A DNA stretch of 64,000 nt from an uncultured Alphaproteobacteria bacterium (GTDB lineage Bacteria > Pseudomonadota > Alphaproteobacteria > Rhizobiales > Xanthobacteraceae): NCBI GenBank assembly GCA_963806465.1, contig CAWDZD010000051.1, positions 32,810 through 96,809 on the forward strand. Direction: 5' to 3'. Position 1 is the stretch's first letter. Each line of letters begins with the position of its first letter. The notes under the pieces were generated by a model. The model saw nothing but the letters and a program-made list of their open reading frames with translations. It was not told the DNA's origin and made no database searches. The translations under genes and the position numbers were made by a program. Shown piece by piece: positions 1 through 9,071 of this stretch.

Positions 1-1895
1 TGTATAAGGGCGTGGGAAAACGTGTAGACGGCGTTCGGTATCTCGCCCCGGCAATTCACGAGCCCAGCGCCGACCAGCAAGCGCAGCGCATTGGTGAGCG
101 CGGTCTCGCTCATCAGTTCGAGTCCGGCAATCAACTCGAAACTGAACTCGCGGCCGATCACCGAACCGACCTGTGCGATCTCCTTGCAGACGGTGACCCG
201 ATCGAGCCGAGCCATCAGCAAGTCGCGCAGCGTTTCGGGGATGGTGATACGGGCCGACGACTGGGCAAAGGCATAGCGATCGCCTTCAACGACCAGATCG
301 CCCAATTCCAGGATGCTCTTGGTCAGCTCCTCGATGAACAGCGGCACACCGTCGGTCCGCGCGACGATCTGGTCGGCGAGGCCGGCCGGCAGCGCCTTGC
401 GGGCGACGATCTTGTCGATCAGCGAACGGCTCTGGGCCGGACTGAACTTGGTCAACTCGATCGCCGAGACATCGGCGCGATCGCCCCATGGCGATTTGAA
501 TTCCGGGCGCGCGGTGACGACCAGGAGCGTCGGCACATCGACCAGCCGGTCGACCAGGCGGCTGAGCACGTCGAGCGTCGTCGGGTCGGCGAGGTGCGCG
601 TCCTCGAACAACAGCAGCGTCGGCTGGGTGCGCGCCGCGGCGCGGACGATATCGACCAGCACCCGCATCGTGTCTTCCTTGGCGAGCTTGGGCGAAATCA
701 AGATGGCGCCGTAGCGGTCCTGGTACGGCAGCGACAACATCGCGGCGATAAAACGCAGATCGTCTCGCGGCAGACCGAGACGATCGACGACCAGAGCCTC
801 GAGCTTGTTGAGCCGCGAGTCGACGTGCTCGTCACGGCCGAATTCGAGCGTGCGTTCAAACCACGCCCGGATCGGATAGAACGCGCTGTTGACGAAGAAC
901 GGCGAGCATTGAAACACCAGCGTGTAGCTGGATTGATCGCGCAAACGCTCGCGCAGCGCGGCGACGATCCGGCTCTTGCCAAGGCCGGCCTCGCCGCGCA
1001 CCACGACGGCACGGCCGGCGCCGGTTTGCCGCACATGCCGCCAGCGATCGAGCAGGCTGTCGATTTCCGCCTCGCGTCCAACGAGCGGCGTCATGCCATG
1101 GTGTGTCGCCGCTTCGAAACGACTTGGCGCCTCGCTGACGCCGAGCACCTGATAGACCCGGGTAAGCCCGGAGACGCCTTTGAGATCCTTTTCGCCCAGG
1201 TCCTCGAATTCGAATCGGCCGGCGGCCAAACGCTGCACCGGCTCGCTGACGACAATCGAGCCCGTATGGGCGATCGACTGAAGGCGCGAGGCCAGGTTCA
1301 TGGTCTCGCCCACCGCATTGCGCTCGCCGGAAGTGACAACCACCATGCCGGCGGCGATGCCGATGCGAACCTGCAGCTTTCCGGCGCCGGGGATGTGCAG
1401 GCCCGAGATCGTTTCGATGATGTCGAGCCCGGCCCGGATCGCGCGTTCGGCTTCGCCCTCATGCGCCAGCGGAAAGCCGAAGAACGCGACAATACCATCG
1501 CCAAGCGTCGTGAAGACATAACCCTCGTAGCGATTGACGCAGGTCGTGCAGGCGTCTTCATAGGCGCGAATGACGACCTGCAGCCGCTCGGGATCGAGCT
1601 TGTAGGCGAGCTTGGTGAAGCCGACCATGTCGCAGAACATCACCGTCAGGTGACGTCGTTCGCCGACCGGAACGCTGACCACGGCGTCGAACGGGGTCGA
1701 CTTTTCCAGCCGCTTCTCCTCGCCAAGCAGATGGATGATCCGCTTGCGCGGCCCGAACGGCACGCCGATCTCTTTCAGGTCGGCTTCCGTCAGCATGCGA
1801 AACGTCAAGAGATCGACTTCATTTTCCTCGAAGACCGAGGCAAAACGTTCGAGGCCGTGCGACTTCAGCCATTCGGTGAGTGAGGATGTCACCAT
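1..1895 (-). CDS. SAM-domain / class III adenylate-guanylate cyclase / AAA (STAND-type) ATPase signalling protein; the 3' end runs off the window start
   Basis: Absent from the ORF track because there is no stop inside the window. Hand translation of the minus strand from ATG 1895 gives MVTSSLTEWLKSHGLERFASVFEENEVDLLTFRMLTEADLKEIGV (SAM-like). It continues ERRHLTVMFCDMVGFTKL...TLGDGIVAFFGFP...GETMNLASRLQ (class III cyclase), then GEAGLGKSR (Walker A) and LLLFEDAHLADPTT. The plus-strand ORF 12..1883 is its antisense shadow. The ATG overlaps the upstream stop (ATGGTGA). Confidence 0.85.
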   Translation of the reverse strand, partial: MVTSSLTEWLKSHGLERFASVFEENEVDLLTFRMLTEADLKEIGVPFGPRKRIIHLLGEEKRLEKSTPFDAVVSVPVGERRHLTVMFCDMVGFTKLAYKLDPERLQVVIRAYEDACTTCVNRYEGYVFTTLGDGIVAFFGFPLAHEGEAERAIRAGLDIIETISGLHIPGAGKLQVRIGIAAGMVVVTSGERNAVGETMNLASRLQSIAHTGSIVVSEPVQRLAAGRFEFEDLGEKDLKGVSGLTRVYQVLGVSEAPSRFEAATHHGMTPLVGREAEIDSLLDRWRHVRQTGAGRAVVVRGEAGLGKSRIVAALRERLRDQSSYTLVFQCSPFFVNSAFYPIRAWFERTLEFGRDEHVDSRLNKLEALVVDRLGLPRDDLRFIAAMLSLPYQDRYGAILISPKLAKEDTMRVLVDIVRAAARTQPTLLLFEDAHLADPTTLDVLSRLVDRLVDVPTLLVVTARPEFKSPWGDRADVSAIELTKFSPAQSRSLIDKIVARKALPAGLADQIVARTDGVPLFIEELTKSILELGDLVVEGDRYAFAQSSARITIPETLRDLLMARLDRVTVCKEIAQVGSVIGREFSFELIAGLELMSETALTNALRLLVGAGLVNCRGEIPNAVYTFSHALI

Positions 1896-3310
1896 GGCGA
1901 CGCCCTGCCTTGGTTCGCTGTTTCGACCAGTACGCCATGATTGACGAGCCAGCCGGCGATGGCGAGGCCGCAATCGAGCGGCATCAGGTTAGACCAGGAT
2001 TGGGCAATTTGCAGCGGTGTTCGGCCAGCAGGCAAACGTCGCAGCAGCGGCGCGAGTTCCCACCCGCCGAGATAGGCGACCGGCCTTTGCAGGCCCGGAT
2101 GATGAAGGGCCTCGGCGACGCCGACAAAGTCGCCGTCGAGGCAAGGCGTGCGCACCAACGCGGCGTCACGGCAAAGCTGCACCGGCATCGCAGTCATTGC
2201 ATGGCCATCGACCGGGGTCGACGACGGCGACTTCGGCTCCGGCGCCCCGTGCTTGGCGGCGCGCTCGCGCCAGAAGGAATGGCTGTTCTTGTCGGATACG
2301 GCGCCATAATGCTCGGCGGTCCAGCCGCGGTGCCGCTCCGACGCCTCGCTTAGTTGGGCGCGATAGAAGCTGAACGCCGCCGGCGCGCTGTCCGGCCGCC
2401 GCAGCAGGGTATTGGCGACGACAGCGCCTGAAAGCGCGCTGGCAATGGCCTTCTGTACCCCGCTCGAGGAAATCGGATCGATCGCCAGCGCCGCGTCTCC
2501 CAGCCGAATGGCGTTCGGCGCGACGCAATCGTCTGCAAGATAAGGCGTCGCGTCGATCGCCCGTACCGGACCGCTCAGTTCCGCTTCGCGGCAATCCTGC
2601 ATCAGGCTTGAGCGGCCGAGCAGGGTCAGAAACCGCTGCGCGAGCGAGGAGCCCGGCACCGACCGCAACGATTTTGGATCGACGAAAGCGAGCGTGTTGT
2701 AGGTCTGGTCCGGGAGCGGGACGCCCCAGAACCAGGCATCGTCGCCGGCCTCGATCTGCGGCGCCGCCGGCAAACTTGCGCCGCGCCAATACGCATAGAC
2801 CGCAAGCGTCCTCGCTCCGGTTTGAGCCTGATGGCGAGCGGTGCGGTCGCGCCGTCCGCCGGCGTCAGCCAGAAAGTCGGCCTCGATCTGCATCTGCCGC
2901 CCGTCCACATCGAACGCGATCCGCCATCTACCGCCGCGCCACACCCGCTCGTTGATACGTGCCGGCTGATGCACCGTGACGCCGAAGGCGCGGACGCGCT
3001 CGACGAGGCGCATGTCGAATCGGCCGCGATCGACCAGCAAGCCTTGTTCGTGTGGATCGTCGCGCCATTGCGGCCCGTCGGCCCACTTCACCCGCACGCG
3101 ACGCACACGCGGGAAATCGGCCGCCTCGATCGGCTCATGAAGGTTCGCCGCCCGTAACAACGGCACCGTCCCGGGACTGAGCAACTCGCCGAGCCGACGT
3201 CGCGGAAAGCGTTCGCGTTCGATCAGGCGCACGTCGTGCCCGAGCTGCGCCATGCGCGCTGCGAAGGTAGAGCCGGCCGGGCCGGCACCGACAACGCAAA
3301 CACTAGCCAT
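1889..3310 (-). CDS. FAD-dependent oxidoreductase, LodB/GoxB/QhpG-like (group A flavoprotein monooxygenase / halogenase fold)
   Basis: ORF track 1889..3607. Start trimmed to ATG 3310: MASVCVVGAGPAGSTFAARMAQLGHDVRLIERE has the GxGxxG Rossmann motif plus an acidic beta2 end. A later GDAALAIDPISSSG motif is present. The start overlaps the rSAM stop by 8 nt (ATGGCTAG). Confidence 0.8.
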   Translation of the reverse strand: MASVCVVGAGPAGSTFAARMAQLGHDVRLIERERFPRRRLGELLSPGTVPLLRAANLHEPIEAADFPRVRRVRVKWADGPQWRDDPHEQGLLVDRGRFDMRLVERVRAFGVTVHQPARINERVWRGGRWRIAFDVDGRQMQIEADFLADAGGRRDRTARHQAQTGARTLAVYAYWRGASLPAAPQIEAGDDAWFWGVPLPDQTYNTLAFVDPKSLRSVPGSSLAQRFLTLLGRSSLMQDCREAELSGPVRAIDATPYLADDCVAPNAIRLGDAALAIDPISSSGVQKAIASALSGAVVANTLLRRPDSAPAAFSFYRAQLSEASERHRGWTAEHYGAVSDKNSHSFWRERAAKHGAPEPKSPSSTPVDGHAMTAMPVQLCRDAALVRTPCLDGDFVGVAEALHHPGLQRPVAYLGGWELAPLLRRLPAGRTPLQIAQSWSNLMPLDCGLAIAGWLVNHGVLVETANQGRASPW

Positions 3311-4664
3311 AGAGCGCGCCAGACGGTTCGACCCCGAGTTGCTCCGGCTGCGTCGAGAGCCGCAGATAAGCCTCCAGACAATAATGCAGCCAGCCGCGAA
3401 TAAAGTCGCAGGCCGGTCGGCCGCGCCGGATGGTTTCGTGATGACAGCCGCCGCCGCACAGGTAGCGTGCCCAACAGGATCGACAGGGCTCCTGCCGGTG
3501 CACGTGGCGTGTGGCCAGCCATTCGGCTTGGCGGCCCCGATCGATGCCGCCGGCAAGCGAGCCCATCGCTCCTTCGTCGTCGCCGACAAAGCGATGGCAG
3601 GCGGCAAGCTCGCCCTCGGCGGAAACGCCGAGATACCCGGCGCCGGCGCCGCACGGATAGGGCCGGTGCGTGCCGCGGTGGATCTCGCGCATCGCGTTGA
3701 CCATGTTGGCGAACGGATAGCGTTGCCGCAGCCGCGACCGGCGCTCGAACTCGCGACCGCACTCGATCATTTCGCCCAACATCAGTTCCAGATCATCCGC
3801 CTGCATTTCGCCGTTGCCGGTGGGCGCGCTCAACATCGGCGAAAAACCGACGCTGTGGAAGCCGGCGGCGATCAGGGAGTCCAACGTTTCCCGCAGCGCC
3901 AGATTCCTCGGCGTCACCGTGACCCGGGCCGAGACCTGCATCCGCCGCTGCAGCTTCAACAGCGGTGCGACACGCTGCATCACCCTGTCATAACTGCCGC
4001 GGCCATCCTTGAACGGCCGTAGCGCGTCATGCACCTGCCGCGGCCCATCGATGCTGATGCTGACGGCAAAGCCGTGGTCTTCGAAGAAGTTGGCATCGTC
4101 CTCGGTCAGCAAGGTACCGTTGGTGGTGATCGAAAAGTTGATTGTCGCGTCGCGGGCTTGCGCCGATTCAAGCGCCCGCCGCGTGGCCGCCCGCAGCACG
4201 TCGCGATTGACCAACGGCTCGCCGCCGAGAAACGCCAAATTGAGTTTCGCGCCGGGCTCGGCGTTTTCGGTCAAAAGTTCGACGGCGCGCAGCGCTTCGC
4301 CGAGCGGCATATTTTTCGCCGCGCCGCCGAACTCGCCCTGTTGGGCGTAGCAATAAGTGCAGCCGAGATTGCATTTTTGCGCGATGGCGAGCGAAAGCGC
4401 CCGGATCGGCGGCGGCGGCAGCGGCGTGTCATCGATAAAAGGCTTTCCGCTCAGGCCAGCCCGTCGCAGCAACTCATCGATCTCGGCGGCTTCGCCCCGA
4501 GCCACGGCCGCATCGTACGAGGCGAACATTTCGGCGTCGGCGTCGAACAGCCGGCTGCCGTCGGCGACGAACAGATGGCCGCCCGTGGCGCTTTCGATCA
4601 AATGAAGTTGCGGCGTCCTCGGTGTTGACGCGCGAACATAGTGGCGGGCGTCGGCGAGGCTCAC
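3303..4664 (-). CDS. Radical SAM / SPASM-domain maturase (QhpD / anSME-like)
   Basis: CNLGCTYCYA is the CX3CX2C motif, and GGEPL is present. The C-terminal Cys cluster reads PCGAG..ACHRF..CRSCWARYLCGGGCHHE..ACDF..YC. Start set to GTG 4664, one nt after the upstream TAG. The ORF-track start at 4739 would overlap the upstream gene by 74 nt. Confidence 0.9.
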   Translation of the reverse strand: MSLADARHYVRASTPRTPQLHLIESATGGHLFVADGSRLFDADAEMFASYDAAVARGEAAEIDELLRRAGLSGKPFIDDTPLPPPPIRALSLAIAQKCNLGCTYCYAQQGEFGGAAKNMPLGEALRAVELLTENAEPGAKLNLAFLGGEPLVNRDVLRAATRRALESAQARDATINFSITTNGTLLTEDDANFFEDHGFAVSISIDGPRQVHDALRPFKDGRGSYDRVMQRVAPLLKLQRRMQVSARVTVTPRNLALRETLDSLIAAGFHSVGFSPMLSAPTGNGEMQADDLELMLGEMIECGREFERRSRLRQRYPFANMVNAMREIHRGTHRPYPCGAGAGYLGVSAEGELAACHRFVGDDEGAMGSLAGGIDRGRQAEWLATRHVHRQEPCRSCWARYLCGGGCHHETIRRGRPACDFIRGWLHYCLEAYLRLSTQPEQLGVEPSGALYG

Positions 4665-4665
4665 C

Positions 4666-7203
4666 CTATTTGTCCGGCTTCGCGGGCGGCGGATAGTCGT
4701 GTCCGCCGACCTGGAATTGCAATTTCGTTTCCCAATCACGGAACAGTTCGTCGTACATCATCAGTCGCGTATCGCCATAGTCATCGGCGATATAGGAACC
4801 GGTGCGCTTGCGCTGCATCCAGTTGTCGCCGGTGGCGAATCCCGCTGCGGTCGTCGTGATGTTGACAAAGTCGGGCCGCGCCGAAGCCCAGTAATAGCAA
4901 GAGCATTCGCGATAGTCGTTTTGCCACGGCGAACAGAGGCCTTGCGTCAGTTCGCCGGCCTGCGCCAGCGCATCGGAAATGACTGCGGTATCGTCTTTAA
5001 AGAACGGCCTGATTTCCAAGTTGAAGCTGACGTAATTCTTCAACTCCGGCGAAAGGTCCTGCTCCCACGACATATCCTCGCTGAGCTGCTCGTCCGCCGC
5101 GATGACATCGCTGCTATACAGCAATTGCTGCTGCTCCCAGGCGACATCTTTGCTGAAATCGCAACGCACCTTTTTGCCGGCGTGAGGCAGCACCCGCGCC
5201 AGGGCGTTCGACCATTCCACGGCCGCCAGGCCGTACGGGTTCATGTTTGTCGTCAGGTCGACCTTGCCGTCCGGGTCTGACGACGCCGGTCCTTTGATCG
5301 GCGTCATCATCGGCAACGCAGCCTCGCTCTTGCCGTCCGGCCGGGGCACGACCACGCGCAGCAATCGGCGTCCGGCCAAATCCGCGACCGTCAGCGTACC
5401 ATCTACGCTTTTAGTGCCGGCGGCGTCTCCGGTCTTGTCAGCGCGCACGACGAGATTGTCATGTTCGCGCAGCTCGACGCCCTTGAACACCCGTCGCCAC
5501 ACGGCGCGGAAATCCACTTCCAGCCCCGGACAACAATTCGCGACCGAGGTGATCGGCCGCGAACAAATCGGGTTGCCTCTCGCTTCATAGTGAATCTGCG
5601 CCGACAAGTTGCGTGGCTTCAATCCGCCGTTGCCGCCGACACCGGCCGCGGGAGCCGGCACCGCCACCGGCGGGTCTTGTGCCGTTTTCTTGATGGTTTC
5701 GATCTGACGCCACGTCAGCGCCAGGTAGTTATTGTCGGCGCCGCACATCAGCGCCGGCATCTTGCGCCGACCGTGATCGGTGAAGTCGGCAACTTCGTTA
5801 GGCATCCGCAGCAGCCGCACAAACCACGGTGCCGCGCCGCCGCGCAGCGCCGCGTAGGCCTGCTGGTGCAGGGTCATGGCCGCGAATGTGTCGACGGTGC
5901 CCGGTGCCATGACCGGACGGATGGCACGCTCGGTGTCGGCGGCTTCCTCTTCGGGCATCGAATTGAGCGACAGCGCCGGCCGCCCCTTGTAGTCGTTGCC
6001 GTTCATCACCACGACGTTCATGAAGCGAACCGTCTCGAACGCCCGCCGGACGATATCGAGGGCACGCGCCCGCGTGACTTCCGGCGTCTCATTTTCATCG
6101 ACGTCCGGCCCATGCACCGCTTGATCGAGATCGTCGGCAAGCGAGCGCACAAACAGCAAGTCCGGCGCCATAGCTGGCGGCGCGGCGCAGATGCGCGCGG
6201 TCGCTTGCAGTTTACGACCGTTGGGCAGCGCCAGATGCACCTCGACGAAGCCGTCGCAGGCGTCGTCGAGGTAGCCGCGGCTGATCGCCCGATTGTCGAA
6301 CAGCCAGGACGGCGCCGGCGGCTCGATTGCAAACAGATCGGGCGGCACGGTTTCATTGTTAAAGTCCGGCGGCAGGCCCAAACTCTCGCGCCACTTCTTC
6401 AGGGCTGAGTCTGGCTCTTTCTCGCGGTCCGGATCGCCGAAGCCTTTCCAATTCCTGCCCGCGTTTATCGCGTCGCTATAGACCGCGCGTTGCTTTGGGA
6501 TCTGATAGTGCGCGAGGAATTCCAGCCCGTCCGGCGGACTTGCGTACTGCGCGCTTGCAGCCAATTCGGGGCCATAAATCAAACCTTTCGCCGGCGTGAA
6601 ACGCAGGCGGATTTCCGGAAATTTCGCGTTCGGCTTGATGAAACGCACCTGGCCAAAATCGACGTGTCCGCCGTTGACGAAATTCTTGCAGGTGCCGCGC
6701 AGTGGTTGCGCCTTGTGGTCCTTTATCGACGGCAGCTCGGCATGAACAATGTCGGCGTCGTCGCCGGTCCGTCGGGCAACCTTGCGGTTGGCGACGCGCA
6801 CGCGCCAGCTGATGTCGTCGACGCCAAGCCCGTTGCTTTTCAACAAGTCGGTGGTCAGCGGCACCAGCGCGTCGTCGCCTTCGACGATGGCGAAGACCTC
6901 GAGAAACGGCGCCACCGGGCGGATCTTGGGGTGTTTCCTGTGCGTTCCGTCCTGGCTGTTGTCTTCGCCTTCCTTGAATTGCGGCTTGCTCGGTGTGCGC
7001 TCATCCTCGATTTCGCCAGACCACTGGTTGACGAACAGCGTTGGCTGCATCTTGATGATACGGTAGTCGAGCGGGTACTTCTCGCCTGCCGCAACGTCAA
7101 CCTCGATGGTATAGTTGTCCATCGGCGTGTCGGCGGAACCGAGCCGCGCGATCGCAAACGGCGGCAGAATTCGCAGCTCCTTGATCGTCCGCTTGGTAGC
7201 CAA
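4666..7203 (-). CDS. LodA/GoxA-family protein (putative cysteine tryptophylquinone amino-acid oxidase), 845 aa
   Basis: The N-terminus LRILPPFAIARLGSADTP resembles the LodA N-terminal VHPSIGVARLGN signature as I recall it. CCPGLEVDF (cf. MCPGIEMTW) and CSPWQNDYREC...YYWASARPD (cf. CPWQADFFNC...YWWPPQSP) also fit. TTG start at 7203 with AAGGGG upstream. The conserved N-terminal motif begins at residue 10, so no later start is possible. Confidence 0.75.
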   Translation of the reverse strand: MATKRTIKELRILPPFAIARLGSADTPMDNYTIEVDVAAGEKYPLDYRIIKMQPTLFVNQWSGEIEDERTPSKPQFKEGEDNSQDGTHRKHPKIRPVAPFLEVFAIVEGDDALVPLTTDLLKSNGLGVDDISWRVRVANRKVARRTGDDADIVHAELPSIKDHKAQPLRGTCKNFVNGGHVDFGQVRFIKPNAKFPEIRLRFTPAKGLIYGPELAASAQYASPPDGLEFLAHYQIPKQRAVYSDAINAGRNWKGFGDPDREKEPDSALKKWRESLGLPPDFNNETVPPDLFAIEPPAPSWLFDNRAISRGYLDDACDGFVEVHLALPNGRKLQATARICAAPPAMAPDLLFVRSLADDLDQAVHGPDVDENETPEVTRARALDIVRRAFETVRFMNVVVMNGNDYKGRPALSLNSMPEEEAADTERAIRPVMAPGTVDTFAAMTLHQQAYAALRGGAAPWFVRLLRMPNEVADFTDHGRRKMPALMCGADNNYLALTWRQIETIKKTAQDPPVAVPAPAAGVGGNGGLKPRNLSAQIHYEARGNPICSRPITSVANCCPGLEVDFRAVWRRVFKGVELREHDNLVVRADKTGDAAGTKSVDGTLTVADLAGRRLLRVVVPRPDGKSEAALPMMTPIKGPASSDPDGKVDLTTNMNPYGLAAVEWSNALARVLPHAGKKVRCDFSKDVAWEQQQLLYSSDVIAADEQLSEDMSWEQDLSPELKNYVSFNLEIRPFFKDDTAVISDALAQAGELTQGLCSPWQNDYRECSCYYWASARPDFVNITTTAAGFATGDNWMQRKRTGSYIADDYGDTRLMMYDELFRDWETKLQFQVGGHDYPPPAKPDK

Positions 7204-7219
7204 AGATCCGCCCCTTCGT

Positions 7220-8942
7220 TCAAGCCTCTGCAGCGATGATCCTATTCATCCAATCCCGTGCCTGTGTGTCCAATTGCAACAACGTGTGCAGATAGGCGTC
7301 GGCGCCGGTGCAAGCGAGTTCGTGTTGGTACTTGGCCGCGTTGGGATTTCTGGATTTCGAAGGATCGGCGTCGGCGAGCAGCGCCATGCAGATCTTCTGC
7401 GACGCAGCAAGAAGATTCTCGTGCCGGCGCCACATGTCGACGTCGCGATCCGGGAGCGTCAGTGTATACGGCAGTTCGAACGGCGGCGCCGCCCTCTCGT
7501 CATCCCTGCCGTTGTCGCTGCGCGGCAGGCGCACCAACAGCCCGGAGATGGTCTTGAGGTTGTACATTTCACCGAACACGCGGTGCATGATCATGGCGCG
7601 AAGATTCGGCCGGTCGACGCGCTCACTGCGCGAGATGCGAAAACTGTGCGCCAGATAGTTCAACAGCAACCGGTAGCGCTGGTTGAACAGCTGCGCCAGG
7701 TGCCCGGCGCTTTTTCCGCTAATCACTATGGGTTGTCCGCCGCCTTGTCCGGCAAGTTGTGCAACCGGCTGGCCTGCGGCCGGCAACTCGGCGCCGTGTC
7801 CGGTGGCGGATGCCGTCGCCGCCATGAAGCCCGTAAGCGTGATCGGATTGGCAGGAATGCCGGCAGCCGGCAACCAGCTGGGGTCTTTGCCCTGCTCGTC
7901 CTTGAACTCTTGGTAGATTCTTCAGGAAACGCTTGAAGTGAGACACCTCGTCTTTGCTATCGGGCAACAAGGGATTGCGCAGGTGTGGCGCCTCACCCTG
8001 GGCCGCCAGCGCCTTCAACGCCTTTAGCGCGTCGGCCCGGGTCGCCATGCGATCGATTTGGACGATGCCGTCGTGCGCCGCCTGTCGCTCGTCTCGCTCG
8101 TCGTCCGCCAATTTTTTCTTGTCTTTCCCGGATTTTTGCTTGTCGTTCCCCGACTTTTTCTTGTCGTCTTCTGGTTTCAGGTTGTCGCCCAGCGGATTTC
8201 CCTCGGCGTCAAGTTGACGCGGAGGAGCTTTGTAGCCGCGGCCCCATTCGTCCCAGGAAGCCTGAAACTCGTAACTCGATTCATCGAACATCTCGTCCGG
8301 GATGTTGCTGCGATCGGCGATCAAGTCGATGATCTCTTCGTAGAGCTCGCCGACACGGTGCACATCGGACTTGAATGTGCTGCCGAAATATTCGTGCAAT
8401 TTCGGCAAGACCTCGTTCTTGACGATAGCGCGATCGTCTTCACAAAAATCAGTATCCGAGGCGTCGAACGACGGCGCCTCGGCATAGACAAAGCAACTCA
8501 GCGACAGCAGCGAGACCGGCTCGAGCGTAAACGGATAGGGATAGTATTCCCGCGCCCACGGCGAGGAGTCGCGACCGATGTCGACCGTGGAGCCCAGCAA
8601 GAGCCGCAGATTCTGCACCGTCAGGAGGTGTCCCATCTCCTCCCTGGCGACCGCGATAATGTCGGCGCGCCAACGCTCGATCATTTTCCGGCGGTCCTTG
8701 TCCGGCTCGTCGATGCGAAGCGAGTATGCGGCGTAGAGATATTGCACCATCAGGCAGTGCTCGACGGTGGCGCCAAACGACAACAGCATCAATAGATGGT
8801 CGCGCCACGTCATGTCCGGGCGCTTGGGATGGTCGGCGGCCCATTTGGCGCGCACACGTTGTCTGTGAGATTGTCGTCTGGCGAATTCCCCGGAGTCTTC
8901 GGGAGCAATAATGGCCGAGTTGGTCCGCGCGCCAGTGTTCAT
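7220..8942 (-). pseudogene. Ferritin-like domain protein (PF12902-type, the family I associate with the VioB/RebD domain), split by an apparent 1-nt frameshift near 7916-7923
   Basis: ORF 7719..8942 carries LSFGATVEHCLMVQYLYAAYSL, IAVAREEMGHLLTVQNL and YPYPFTLEPVSLLSLSCFVYAEAP, then decays into Arg-rich junk after EVSHFKRFLK. The +1 frame continues sensibly (IYQEFKDEQGKDPSWLPAAGIPANP...) into ORF 7220..7873, which has LFNQRYRLLLNYLAHSF. Removing one A from GAAGAATC restores a protein of about 574 aa. Confidence 0.7.
8112..8172 (-). repeat. Three imperfect ~21-nt tandem repeats encoding a Lys/Asp-rich linker (KKKSGNDKQKSGKDKKK) inside the ferritin-like gene
   Basis: The plus strand reads tttttcttgtc / tttttgcttgtc / tttttcttgtc at about 21-nt spacing. 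Confidence 0.6.
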
Positions 8943-9071
8943 CGTGCGCTCCCCAATCAGCCCAACTTAACTCAGCTAGCGCCGGCGCCGCCGCGTAGTG
9001 CGGCAACGATGAACTTACCGAGAATTCCTGTCAAGGTTGCACCCCTCATATGCGCATCGCCCACACCAGCA

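Noticed and set aside
12-1883. 623-aa plus-strand ORF, the longest listed ORF in the first 2 kb
   Set aside because: It is Arg/Asp/Gly-rich with no recognisable motif. The opposite strand translates without a stop into a clear SAM-cyclase-AAA protein. It is an antisense shadow ORF typical of high-GC DNA. The same reasoning applies to 5461..6408(+), 13922..14755(+), 14887..15759(+), 18380..19465(+), 20747..21571(-), 27208..28704(-), 29807..30595(-), 42487..43431(-) and 52004..53248(+).
7905-7930. Programmed +1 ribosomal frameshift in the ferritin-like gene
   Set aside because: There is no zero-frame stop or rare codon at the shift site, no slippery sequence, and no upstream SD-like stimulator. 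A simple indel is more likely.
8972-9049. 25-aa ORF MRGATLTGILGKFIVAALRGGAGAS in the gap upstream of the ferritin-like gene, considered as a possible rSAM precursor peptide
   Set aside because: It has no Shine-Dalgarno and no Cys, Asp or Glu pattern that a thioether-forming SPASM enzyme would use. It overlaps the likely promoter/5' UTR of the ferritin-like gene.
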